60,966 bases of DNA from a virus. Every line of letters starts with the position of its first letter. The stretch's first letter is position 1. The position numbers and the translations under genes were made by a program. Positions 48,105 through 56,953 of this stretch are shown piece by piece. The notes under the pieces were generated by a model, which saw nothing but the letters and a program-made list of their open reading frames with translations, was not told the origin of the DNA and made no database searches. Location: the UHGV virus genome UHGV-0202911. One strand, given 5' to 3'.

Positions 48105-49055
48105 ATGGACGAAACATTCCGTAAAGTCAATGACGAAAGAGGTTATTTTAAAGTTTGGCGCAAGGTTGAGGACAACAAGTCTTGGAGCCGGGGCGCGCTA
48201 TATCGTGGGCTCATGATCACTATTCTCCAAAAAGCAAACTGGAAAAAAGGCTACTTCCACGGGTACGAAATACAGCCCGGACAAATGGCTTTTTCAGGTT
48301 CATGCCTTGCCTCTGAACTGAATATTCCCCGTCCATCGGTTGTTCGTATGTTGGGGATCTTGGAGTCAGACGGGTTCATACAGCGCTCAAACATGAACAA
48401 CAGATATACACTAATTACGGTTGTAAATTGGAATAGTTACCAAGCGAATGATGAAGAGCGTGAACAACCAATGAGCAATCAGCGGTCAATCGATGGTCGA
48501 CCAGTGAACACTATCAAAGAATTAAAGAAAGAAAGAATAAATACAGGGTGTGTGCTTAACGCGTGCGCGCGCGTTGAACGCTCGGAGGAAAATCAGGAGA
48601 CGGAAAACATCCCTTCCCGTCAGCCCTCGTTGGCCTTTGACGAGTTCTTCGAAGCCTACCCGGTGCAGCATCGTGGCGGAAGGATTGAGGCCGAAAAAGC
48701 ATGGGTAGCGCTTGAGGCAAAACGTGTTCTTCCCGGTCTTCCCAAACTCTTCGATGCGCTTGCGGTGTGGGAAGATTCTCCGGACTGGAAAGAGCAGGGA
48801 GGACGGTATGTGCCCACGCTTGAAAACTTCCTTGCCCGTGAATACTGGCTGAGAGTCCCAAAAGACCGTACGGCGCGCTCCAGCCCCGGATTTCAAGAGC
48901 GTCCAAAGGCGAACACAGTGGCACAGAAACAAGCACAAGATAACGACGATATGGCGAAAATGCTTTTACAGACAAGGAGGGCTCAACATGCACAACCCGG
49001 ACTTCATGCTTCAACTGCTGGTCAATCTGGCGCTGCATTACCCGCAGGCAGGTAG
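48105..49055 (+). CDS. replication initiator / replisome organizer (winged-helix N-terminus)
   Basis: position in the replication module; an internal AT-rich plus palindromic segment (48480-48600) is a candidate ori. Confidence 0.45.
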   Translation: MDETFRKVNDERGYFKVWRKVEDNKSWSRGALYRGLMITILQKANWKKGYFHGYEIQPGQMAFSGSCLASELNIPRPSVVRMLGILESDGFIQRSNMNNRYTLITVVNWNSYQANDEEREQPMSNQRSIDGRPVNTIKELKKERINTGCVLNACARVERSEENQETENIPSRQPSLAFDEFFEAYPVQHRGGRIEAEKAWVALEAKRVLPGLPKLFDALAVWEDSPDWKEQGGRYVPTLENFLAREYWLRVPKDRTARSSPGFQERPKANTVAQKQAQDNDDMAKMLLQTRRAQHAQPGLHASTAGQSGAALPAGR

Positions 49056-49416
49056 GACGCCCGCCCAGTTGCAGATTTTGGCTGAGGATTGGGCCGAAGA
49101 TCTCTCGGAGTTTTCTCCCTGTGTGGTGGAAAAGGCCGTAAAGCGATACCGCTGCAATTCGGCTTACTTCCCGACTGTGGCCGACATCTGGGCACATTGC
49201 GACGAATTGCGGCGGGGAGAAACGGCGCAGGCCGATGCACTGGCACTTCCTGAGCAAACAAAGACGTTCGATGAGCGTTGCGAAGAGGGCGCCGACTGGT
49301 GCGCGAAGATTCTCGCCAACCTGCGGGGGAAGATGGACGCCCGGAAGTATGGAAGGCCGGATATGCCCTTGAACGAACAGCTTGCCAATCTCCGGGCGTT
49401 GGGGGTGGAGCAGTGA
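48988..49416 (+). CDS. replication-associated protein
   Basis: operon context. Confidence 0.35.
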   Translation: MHNPDFMLQLLVNLALHYPQAGRTPAQLQILAEDWAEDLSEFSPCVVEKAVKRYRCNSAYFPTVADIWAHCDELRRGETAQADALALPEQTKTFDERCEEGADWCAKILANLRGKMDARKYGRPDMPLNEQLANLRALGVEQ

Positions 49417-49692
49417 GTACAGCGCAAAACCCGATAATGTCGGCTGCATGGGCGGACTTCATCATGTGGTGCGAGAAACAGCCCCAAACAGTAGCCGTGT
49501 TCAATGCCGAAACAGGCCGGGCATACATGAAGCCGAAATCGCCCATCGAAGCCATGATTGACGACGCTACAGGCAAAGCTGAGGACGACGCTTTCGCTTT
49601 CGCCCGGTGGGTTACTGAAAACCATTGGGGCATGGAATATGCCCCGGAGGCATTCCGCGAAGAATGCGAGAGAAGAGCCAGGGAGGAAGGAA

Positions 49693-49941
49693 ATGGCAGA
49701 GCCTAAGCTGGAGTGGAAAAAGGATTTTTACACTGTCCGTAAAGGTGAAGAAAGATTCAAATGTGAATACGGGGTGATACATAAGCTAGAAGAGGGTGAA
49801 AAGTGGAGGTTTGAGGTCGGTGGCGTGAATTACGTTATGAAATCTTTAGATGCCACTCCCGAAGCTGTAAAAATGGCATTCGAAAGAAGACTTAGAAACT
49901 ACGCAAAGGAAATTCTCGAAAAGCTGGGGGATGAAGCGTGA
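49693..49941 (+). CDS. hypothetical protein
   Basis: GGAAGGAA RBS. Confidence 0.35.
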   Translation: MAEPKLEWKKDFYTVRKGEERFKCEYGVIHKLEEGEKWRFEVGGVNYVMKSLDATPEAVKMAFERRLRNYAKEILEKLGDEA

Positions 49942-50363
49942 TTTCCTTCCGTCTCGACTGCATCCCCACGGCACAGGCCCGAGTCCGGCACACCGTCCGT
50001 TGTGGGCACAGCGTGGCTTACAAGTCTGCCGGGCAGAAGAGCGCGGAAGCCGTGCTTGACGATCTCCTTTCTGCGCACGCCCCGAAAAAGCCTCTAGACG
50101 GGCCTCTCGTGCTCGAATTCATCGCGGGGATGCCAATGCCTGCATCAACCCCGAAAAAGCAACGAGAGGCCATGTTGCGCGGCGAAATCGCCCATACGAA
50201 GAAACCGGACCTCGACAACATGGCGAAGCAGCTCAAGGACGCCATGTCGCGCACCGGGTTTTGGGGTGATGACAGGCAGGTGGTGTCCCTGCGTTGCTCG
50301 AAATGCTACGCCGCTGTCCCGCACTGGGAGGTGGCTGTGTACACACAGGAGGAAACGCAATGA
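49938..50363 (+). CDS. rusA: RusA-family Holliday junction resolvase
   Basis: KKPDLDNMAKQLKDAMS...GDDRQVVSL fits the RusA motifs. Confidence 0.6.
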   Translation: MISFRLDCIPTAQARVRHTVRCGHSVAYKSAGQKSAEAVLDDLLSAHAPKKPLDGPLVLEFIAGMPMPASTPKKQREAMLRGEIAHTKKPDLDNMAKQLKDAMSRTGFWGDDRQVVSLRCSKCYAAVPHWEVAVYTQEETQ

Positions 50364-50644
50364 AAGAACGGAAATTGCTGTGCGGGTGGAAGGCCATCAC
50401 AGCCTACACCCGAGTTAGCCGCCTCCTCATGATCCGCTACGCCTACCCCGTCCACGACTGCGACAGGTCCGCTAACCACGGGTACGGCGTATGCGCTTAC
50501 ACCGACGAGCTTGACGCGCACAGGGAGGCTATCAAGCATGGGAAAGCCTAGCGGAAGCAGGTTGTGGGCGTATGGGTGCGTTGGCGTCGTGTTGATTATC
50601 GCGGCTGCGGTTGGGGTCATAAGCAAGGCAATGGGGTGGTAATC

Positions 50645-51112
50645 ATGGAAAATCTTTGTGGTTTGGCAAGTGGGAAAGTAAAACCCATGACAATCAAATT
50701 CAAACGCCTTCATCCTGACGCCGTGACCCCGAAACAGGGGTCGGAATGGGCTGCGGGGTTCGACATTACCGCGATCAGCCGCAAATGGCTTCCCGATGAA
50801 GCCTGTTACGAATACGGTACCGGGCTTGCTATTGAAGTCCCCAAAGGATTCGCCGCCCTCCTGTTTCCCCGTTCGTCCATTTTCCGGGTTCCGCTCCAGC
50901 TCTCCAATTCCGTGGGCGTGATTGACGCTGATTACCGTGGGGAAATCAAGGCAAAGTTCAGGCGTACCGATGGAGGCGAGCCGCTTTACCAGCCCGGTGA
51001 CCGCATCGGACAGCTTGTTATCATCCCCATTCCGTCAGTCCAGTATATCGAAGCAAAGGAACTTTCACCCTCCAAGCGTGGAACAAACGGCTACGGAAGC
51101 ACGGGAAGGTAA
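50645..51112 (+). CDS. dut: dUTPase
   Basis: AGFDI, RSS and GVIDADYRGE motifs. Confidence 0.75.
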   Translation: MENLCGLASGKVKPMTIKFKRLHPDAVTPKQGSEWAAGFDITAISRKWLPDEACYEYGTGLAIEVPKGFAALLFPRSSIFRVPLQLSNSVGVIDADYRGEIKAKFRRTDGGEPLYQPGDRIGQLVIIPIPSVQYIEAKELSPSKRGTNGYGSTGR

Positions 51113-51114
51113 GC

Positions 51115-51654
51115 ATGAGAAAACGCGCCAAGCTGGACTTTGAACGCAGGGGCGGGTTGACCGCTATTGACGATGCGGCCTTTGCCCGGATTCTCCCTAT
51201 CATCCACCAGTACATGCCCCGCATCCATCTTTCCATGTCTGCCATTGAAATCAGGGCGCATCTGGACGCTATTCTGTATCTGTCCGTTTTCTACTGTCCT
51301 TGGCGCAAAATCAAGAACTACCGCTCCATCTATCGCTTTTATCGGCGGTTGCGCAGCCGTGGCGCGCTTACCATCATTCAAGTCAAAATAGGACGTTCTA
51401 CTCCCCTCGAAATCATCCGTCCACGTAAGGAAGCCCGGACTGAGCCCAGAAAGCGCAAGTGCCCGCCGTGCCCCAAGTGCCATGAGGACGCAATGGTGTG
51501 TTATCACACCAAGAAAAAATATGACGATGATGGGAACATCCGCATGATTGTCAGGTACTCAAAGTGCTCTGCCTGTGGGCATACCTCCGTTTTCATTGAG
51601 ACGAAAAACAACAAATGGTGGAATAATCCAAACTTCGTACCAACATGCTGTTGA
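51115..51654 (+). CDS. DUF4096-like HTH fused to a TFIIS/Ogr-Delta-type C4 zinc ribbon (candidate late-gene activator)
   Basis: ILYLSVFYCPWRKI...YRFYRRL resembles DUF4096; CPPCPKC...(26 aa)...CSACGH. Confidence 0.45.
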   Translation: MRKRAKLDFERRGGLTAIDDAAFARILPIIHQYMPRIHLSMSAIEIRAHLDAILYLSVFYCPWRKIKNYRSIYRFYRRLRSRGALTIIQVKIGRSTPLEIIRPRKEARTEPRKRKCPPCPKCHEDAMVCYHTKKKYDDDGNIRMIVRYSKCSACGHTSVFIETKNNKWWNNPNFVPTCC

Positions 51655-51702
51655 TTTTTCTCCTCCAGAAGCTCCTAGTATCCAGAAATAGGAGCTTTTC
51701 TT

Positions 51703-52086
51703 ATGCAAATTTCTCTTCGCCATTTCTCCCCGGATGAATTCCGTTGCAAGGACGGATGCGGTGGCGGCATTGAGCACATGAATCAAGACTTGCTCATGAT
51801 GCTTGATGAAGTTCGAGATCGTGCTGGTATCCCGCTGGTATTGTCTTCCGCCTACCGTTGTCCGGCGCACAATCAGGCAGTCGGTGGAGTAGACGATTCC
51901 GCCCATACCCGTGGGTACGCCGTAGATATCAAGTGCATCAACTCGCACACCCGTTTCCTGATTCTCCAAGCTGCGCTTGAAGTCGGATTCCGGCGCATCG
52001 AACTGGCCCCCACATGGGTTCATCTCGACAACGATTCGAACAAGCCGCAGGACGTCGCCTTTTACCAGCATGGAGGCAAATACTGA
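51703..52086 (+). CDS. endolysin, peptidase M15 family
   Basis: SAYRCPAHNQAVGGVDDSAHTRGYAVDI fits Peptidase_M15_3. Confidence 0.7.
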   Translation: MQISLRHFSPDEFRCKDGCGGGIEHMNQDLLMMLDEVRDRAGIPLVLSSAYRCPAHNQAVGGVDDSAHTRGYAVDIKCINSHTRFLILQAALEVGFRRIELAPTWVHLDNDSNKPQDVAFYQHGGKY

Positions 52087-52376
52087 TGGAAACCACCGTG
52101 ATTGACTTCATTCTGTCTACCTTGGCGCAGCTTTCTGCACAGTATCCCGACGCGGCATGGATCATCACCGCCCTGAGCGTGCTCATGACTGTGTGCGGCC
52201 TATGCGCCGTAGCCACCGTATGGATGCCCGTACCCAAAAAAACAACCGGGGCCTATGCCGCCGTATATCGGTGGGTTCATGCCTTTGCAGCGCATTTTGG
52301 ACAGAACAAGGGGGCCGTGGCTGACGGGAAGTCCCCCGCCGTACAGTCTGAAGTTAAGGCCGTGACCGGGAAGTGA
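52086..52376 (+). CDS. holin-like membrane protein
   Basis: two hydrophobic helices; ATGA overlap with the endolysin. Confidence 0.4.
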   Translation: METTVIDFILSTLAQLSAQYPDAAWIITALSVLMTVCGLCAVATVWMPVPKKTTGAYAAVYRWVHAFAAHFGQNKGAVADGKSPAVQSEVKAVTGK

Positions 52377-52380
52377 GGGC

Positions 52381-52674
52381 ATGTGTCGAACATTACCGCC
52401 GTCATTCTGTCCTTCCTGCAACTTGCTTTACGCCTTCTTGATACGGTGGATAAAGCCGCTGCTGACGATTTTCGGCGGTCTGTTGCTCTTGATGCTTCTG
52501 GGGTGCTCGTCAGCAAATTGGGCGGAAAGAACACAGATACCGTCTACGCCCATACTGGCGAGCATCCGAAAAGTGAATCTTGATGGAATCGATGGCGTGT
52601 GGATGGATTCAAGAGATGCCGGGACTCTCGCCCAATGGATCAATGACGTGGAACAGGTCAAAGCAAGGTATTAA
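52381..52674 (+). CDS. spanin-like lipoprotein (o-spanin candidate); overlaps a TM-containing ORF in another frame at 52383..52583
   Basis: lipobox LLGCSS preceded by a basic/hydrophobic signal peptide if translation starts at an internal TTG. Confidence 0.35.
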   Translation: MCRTLPPSFCPSCNLLYAFLIRWIKPLLTIFGGLLLLMLLGCSSANWAERTQIPSTPILASIRKVNLDGIDGVWMDSRDAGTLAQWINDVEQVKARY

Positions 52675-52685
52675 TATGGCTGGTT

Positions 52686-53012
52686 ATGCTGGAAAAAATT
52701 ATCGCGGATTTTTCCCGTGCTATCGACCTGCTTTCGGGCGGAATTACTTGGATCATTCTTGGGGCTGTAGGCGGTGTAGCCGTGGAATGGGAAACCGCTA
52801 GGGCATATCATCGTGAGATGAGGGTGAGCGACATCCTCGCCTCGTGGGTTATTGGCATTTGCTTTGGTGCCATGACTTGGGTGTGTGCCGCAAATTCATC
52901 CGAAGGTATACGTATGGTTTACACGGTTTCGTCTGCTATGTTCGGACATGGTTGCGGGCCTCTTATCAAGAGAAATATCAAGGGAATCATAGAAAATCTC
53001 GGCAAGAAATAG
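52686..53012 (+). CDS. membrane protein (holin-like, two or three TM helices)
   Basis: hydrophobic helices. Confidence 0.4.
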   Translation: MLEKIIADFSRAIDLLSGGITWIILGAVGGVAVEWETARAYHREMRVSDILASWVIGICFGAMTWVCAANSSEGIRMVYTVSSAMFGHGCGPLIKRNIKGIIENLGKK

Positions 53013-53071
53013 CCTCATCTTGCCCTGCCCAAGGTTTTCATGCGGGGCCGATAGCGGAGTTGGAAAAATGG

Positions 53072-53488
53072 ATGGACACTTACGCCTTGCAACGGGTTAT
53101 CCTGAAAATGGATTTGCTGCCCGGTGAACGCTATGTCGGAATGGTGCTTGCACTGCATCTCAATCAAAAAACGGAAACCATCCAAGTCCGTCAGAAGACG
53201 CTCATTGAGGAGACAGGCTATTCACGGAACACGGTACAAAAAGCCCTTCAACGCCTGATAGCTTCCGGGGTGTTCATCTCTCAGCAAACAGGACGCGCTG
53301 CGGTTCTTGCGCTTGGAAATAATACTGGAAATATGGATACCCCAAATACTGGGCATCAGCTACCCCAAAAATTGGGGTATCGGCGCAAACGGAAAGGAGC
53401 ACCTTTTGATTTGGACACGTCGCTCAGTACGCGAATCGAAGAACTGAACAAGCGCGATGAAAAACGGTTCCAGAGGGAACAGAAATAG
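53072..53488 (+). CDS. HTH DNA-binding protein
   Basis: IEETGYSRNTVQKALQRLIASG fits a winged HTH. Confidence 0.4.
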   Translation: MDTYALQRVILKMDLLPGERYVGMVLALHLNQKTETIQVRQKTLIEETGYSRNTVQKALQRLIASGVFISQQTGRAAVLALGNNTGNMDTPNTGHQLPQKLGYRRKRKGAPFDLDTSLSTRIEELNKRDEKRFQREQK

Positions 53489-53690
53489 GTTTCTTGCCCC
53501 TCGTTATGTGAGTGGGTTTGAAATATCGGCAGAGGCAAAGCTTTACACATCAACAAAGGAGTTTGACATATGGGCGCTCGTGCAAGGGCTCTTGCGGCTA
53601 CCCGTAGGCAGATGGCGGCGGGAAGACGGGCCGGACGTGGGGGCGGTACAGCCGCTTCCCGGGCTGGCGGTGGCAGGGCTGGAACCTGAT

Positions 53691-54440
53691 TTAATAATCC
53701 TCAACGAGGGCTAGCAGGGCTTTGTCAGGCTTGGCAACAGCCCTCAGCCCGAACGGAACTACAGGAACATCAAGGGATATGCCGAATTTCTTTTCTACCG
53801 CGTTGCACACGTCTTCTACGTGTATGAACTTTCCTTCCGGAAGGGCAAGCTTCTTGCGGGCGGCTTCCATGTCTTTCTCGGAAGGGAAGCATACGGCGAT
53901 CCAAGTGCGGTCTTCGGTATATCCCTGCATCTTTTCTTGTGTCCGCTTCACTTCCGCCCGGAGCTTTGAGTATTTTTCGGCGTTGGTGGGTTCAGCCTTT
54001 GCAGCTACAGGGGCTTCCCGTTTGGCGAAAGGGTTTTCCCGCTTGTATTCGGAGAGTGAAGTTCCTTTCTTCTCTTTCAGAAGTTCGAGCGAGCCTATGA
54101 AAGCTTCCCCCGTCCAGTACTGCTCACCGTGCCGTGTCAGGCTCAAGGCTTTTCGGAAAGCTTCACGCTGTGCGAAGCTTTCAAAAGCTATCGTAAAGAA
54201 AAAACGCGAATCAATGCCGTACGGTCCTTTATTCTCTCCGGCATCAGAAGCGCGAAAAGCCTTGAGCACAATCTCAAGCTCTTTGAGGGCGTCCGCGCTC
54301 ACATTTCCCGAGTATTTGAGCCCGTCGAGCGGGTTTTTCATGGTTACATGCCGGGTATTACGGTCTGCCATTGTTGCGGGCTTGTTGTATTTGTTTAGGA
54401 ACATCTCAATTTCCTCCCTTGGCAAGGTGTCGTTCATATC
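53691..54440 (-). CDS. hypothetical protein, co-oriented with the PAPS-reductase-like gene
   Basis: 249 aa; overlaps the upstream gene. Confidence 0.4.
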   Translation of the reverse strand, partial: DMNDTLPREEIEMFLNKYNKPATMADRNTRHVTMKNPLDGLKYSGNVSADALKELEIVLKAFRASDAGENKGPYGIDSRFFFTIAFESFAQREAFRKALSLTRHGEQYWTGEAFIGSLELLKEKKGTSLSEYKRENPFAKREAPVAAKAEPTNAEKYSKLRAEVKRTQEKMQGYTEDRTWIAVCFPSEKDMEAARKKLALPEGKFIHVEDVCNAVEKKFGISLDVPVVPFGLRAVAKPDKALLALVEDY

Positions 54441-55113
54441 TCCATACCTCAGCCTCAAGCATGGGGAACCATTCCAGAAGCCGGGCATAGTCTCGCGGGG
54501 AATGCTTTTTCAGCCCCCACGAGTAGAGCAGTACAGGGCCGTCAAAGGTGCGCCCGAAAAATTCGTATTCTTTGGAAAGCTTCACCCCGTCCGTCTTCAG
54601 CTCTTCAAGCAACCGCGCCTTGTTCCAGTCCCAGATAGGGCTCAAAACCTTTCTTTTGTCATCAACGGGGCCGTGCTTTTTGAAGTAGCTACCGCGCATG
54701 ATGGAATCCGCCGCCCTCAGCCCAAGGGCCACATAGCAAGATTTTTCAGGAAACCCGCAGTCGTTTTCAACACAGCGGTGCAAGTCGTCTTTGGTAAAGC
54801 GGGGGAGTTCAAGATGTTCAATCGTCCAACACCGTTGGGGGGCCTGTGCCGTACAGCTTGTGAGCATATCGTACAGCATAGGATGCGGGTATTGCCGGAT
54901 TTTACCCACCCGCTTTTCACATCTGGATAGGTATTCATCAATGATTTCAAGGCCGGGAACGATATAGTAATAGAAGGGCGTCACGTTGAAATGGTCACGA
55001 ATGGCGATCCATGTCCCCCATGCATCCTTCCCGCCTGAAAAAGATAGCAACACATTGTTCTCATATGTTTTTTCTTGAACGTGGGCGATCATTTCGTCAA
55101 AGGTGGTGATCAT
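54406..55113 (-). CDS. PAPS reductase-like PP-loop protein
   Basis: LLSFSGGKDAWGTWIAI contains the PP-loop SGGKDS-type motif. Confidence 0.6.
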   Translation of the reverse strand: MITTFDEMIAHVQEKTYENNVLLSFSGGKDAWGTWIAIRDHFNVTPFYYYIVPGLEIIDEYLSRCEKRVGKIRQYPHPMLYDMLTSCTAQAPQRCWTIEHLELPRFTKDDLHRCVENDCGFPEKSCYVALGLRAADSIMRGSYFKKHGPVDDKRKVLSPIWDWNKARLLEELKTDGVKLSKEYEFFGRTFDGPVLLYSWGLKKHSPRDYARLLEWFPMLEAEVWRYERHLAKGGN

Positions 55114-55576
55114 GGCAACCTCCAAAGCTGATAAGCCAGTAAAGCATAAAACGGCAAAAAAAGATACTACAAAAAAGATCAAAGTCTGCCGTAGGCCGTC
55201 TCTTAACGCTATACTAAAAGCAATTGAAGGGACAGGAGGCATTATTGTAAGAATAGCTGAAAAGCTTAGTGTGTCTCGACAAGCCGTTTATGACTACATA
55301 GATAGATATGATGAAGTGAGACAGGCTATCCAAAATGAGAAAGATACAATACTTGATGTCTGCGAAGAAGGTCTTTTTTCTATGATTTATGGTGGAGACT
55401 TTGAGGCGATAAAGTATTATCTTGAACGAAAGGGAAAGTGCAGAGGGTACGGGGGGCAAGACAGGTTTGGGAAGGGTCCGGATGATGAAGTGGGCATGGA
55501 CAAGCCCGAGTCCGGTGTCCTTGTGACTCCCGGCTTGCTTTCGGAGGACGCATGGGAAACAGCAGCCCAAAAGTAA
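55112..55576 (+). CDS. terS: terminase small subunit (HTH)
   Basis: AGGTGG RBS; HTH SVSRQAVYDYI; directly upstream of terL. Confidence 0.55.
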   Translation: MATSKADKPVKHKTAKKDTTKKIKVCRRPSLNAILKAIEGTGGIIVRIAEKLSVSRQAVYDYIDRYDEVRQAIQNEKDTILDVCEEGLFSMIYGGDFEAIKYYLERKGKCRGYGGQDRFGKGPDDEVGMDKPESGVLVTPGLLSEDAWETAAQK

Positions 55577-56943
55577 TCTGGAAGCCGAACAGCAAGGCCC
55601 AAACCCTTTTCCTTTCGTGTCCCTATTCAGAAATCCTGTTTGGTGGTTCTCGTGGACCGGGGAAAACGGATTCGTTGCTGATGGATTACATCCAGTTCGT
55701 AGGTTTGGGATTTGGACCCTCATGGAAAGGGATTATTTTCCGGCAAACCTATAAGCAACTTGAAGAAATCGTTAGCAAATCAAAAAGGTTTTATCCCGCT
55801 ATTGTCCCCGGTGCCCAGTGGAGGGGGTCGGCTATGGAATGGGTATTCCCGAAAGGGGAAACCTTGAAGCTGCGCCATGCCAAGCGCCCGGCTGACATGG
55901 AGAACTACCAAGGGCATGAATATCCTTTTGTCGGGTTTGACGAGCTTTGCAACCTGCCATCACAGGAAGTTTACGAGAAGGCCAAAGGGTTCTGCCGTTC
56001 TAGCGATCCCAATGTTCCTAAGATGATTCGTTGCACAGCCAACCCTCTTGGGCCGGGCCATCTTTGGGTTAAGCGATATTTCATTGACCCCGCACCAGCT
56101 TTGACCCCGATTGTCGAGTCACATGGGGGTAAGCGTGTATTCATTCCCGCTACCATTTACGACAACAAGAATCTTGTGGAGGCAGACCCCGATTATCTGC
56201 GACGTCTTGAGTCCATCGCTGATGATAGCTTGCGCCGGGCATGGCTCAATGGGGATTGGAATGTCGTAGCGGGCTCTTTCTTCGGAGATGTGTGGTCAGC
56301 CTCACGCAATATTGTAAAGCCTTTCAATATTCCTAGGAATTGGTATTGCTTCCGCTCGTTTGACTGGGGGAGTTCGCATCCCTTCTCAGTAGGGTGGTGG
56401 GCCATTGCTGACGGGACACAGGCCCCGGATGGCGTTTTCTACCCCCGTGGGGCATTCATCCGTTTTGCTGAGTGGTATGGTGCCAAACGTGGCTCCAATG
56501 GCATGGTAGTCCCCAATGAGGGGCTCAGGATGTCCAGCAAGCACGTAGCGCAGGGCATCCGTGAACGTGAACGGAAGATGTCCGAGGCTATGGGGATTCG
56601 TATCAATCCCGGCCCTGCCGATCCTGCTATCTACGCTAGTACTGACGGCCCAAGCGTAGCCGACAATATGGCTTCTGAGGGGATTAAGTGGGTTCGGGCC
56701 GACAATTCCCGCGTCACAGGATGGCAGCAAATGCGGGAGCGGATATGGCAGGAGGGGGAAGAACCCATGCTGTATGTATTCAATACCTGTACCGAACTGA
56801 TCCGAACTCTTCCCGCTGCGCCGAGGGATGAACATATCCCGGATGACATTGATACGGAATTTGAAGACCACGCGCTTGATGAATGCAGGTACGCGGTAAT
56901 GTTTAAGAAGCGTGAAGTCTTTTTTGGCAGTTCAATGGGCTAG
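55552..56943 (+). CDS. terL: terminase large subunit
   Basis: Walker A GGSRGPGKTDS; nuclease C-terminal domain. Confidence 0.8.
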   Translation: MGNSSPKVIWKPNSKAQTLFLSCPYSEILFGGSRGPGKTDSLLMDYIQFVGLGFGPSWKGIIFRQTYKQLEEIVSKSKRFYPAIVPGAQWRGSAMEWVFPKGETLKLRHAKRPADMENYQGHEYPFVGFDELCNLPSQEVYEKAKGFCRSSDPNVPKMIRCTANPLGPGHLWVKRYFIDPAPALTPIVESHGGKRVFIPATIYDNKNLVEADPDYLRRLESIADDSLRRAWLNGDWNVVAGSFFGDVWSASRNIVKPFNIPRNWYCFRSFDWGSSHPFSVGWWAIADGTQAPDGVFYPRGAFIRFAEWYGAKRGSNGMVVPNEGLRMSSKHVAQGIRERERKMSEAMGIRINPGPADPAIYASTDGPSVADNMASEGIKWVRADNSRVTGWQQMRERIWQEGEEPMLYVFNTCTELIRTLPAAPRDEHIPDDIDTEFEDHALDECRYAVMFKKREVFFGSSMG

Positions 56944-56953
56944 GAGAAAATAT

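Noticed and set aside
52383-52583. 66-aa TM-containing ORF overlapping the lipoprotein frame, considered as an embedded i-spanin
   Set aside because: It is too short for a typical i-spanin and lacks a periplasmic coiled-coil domain. The overlap is noted only as a possibility.
53722-54930. 402-aa + strand ORF
   Set aside because: The opposite strand encodes a PP-loop (SGGKD) protein with a clear motif. The + frame is Ser/Ala/Phe-rich antisense-type sequence.
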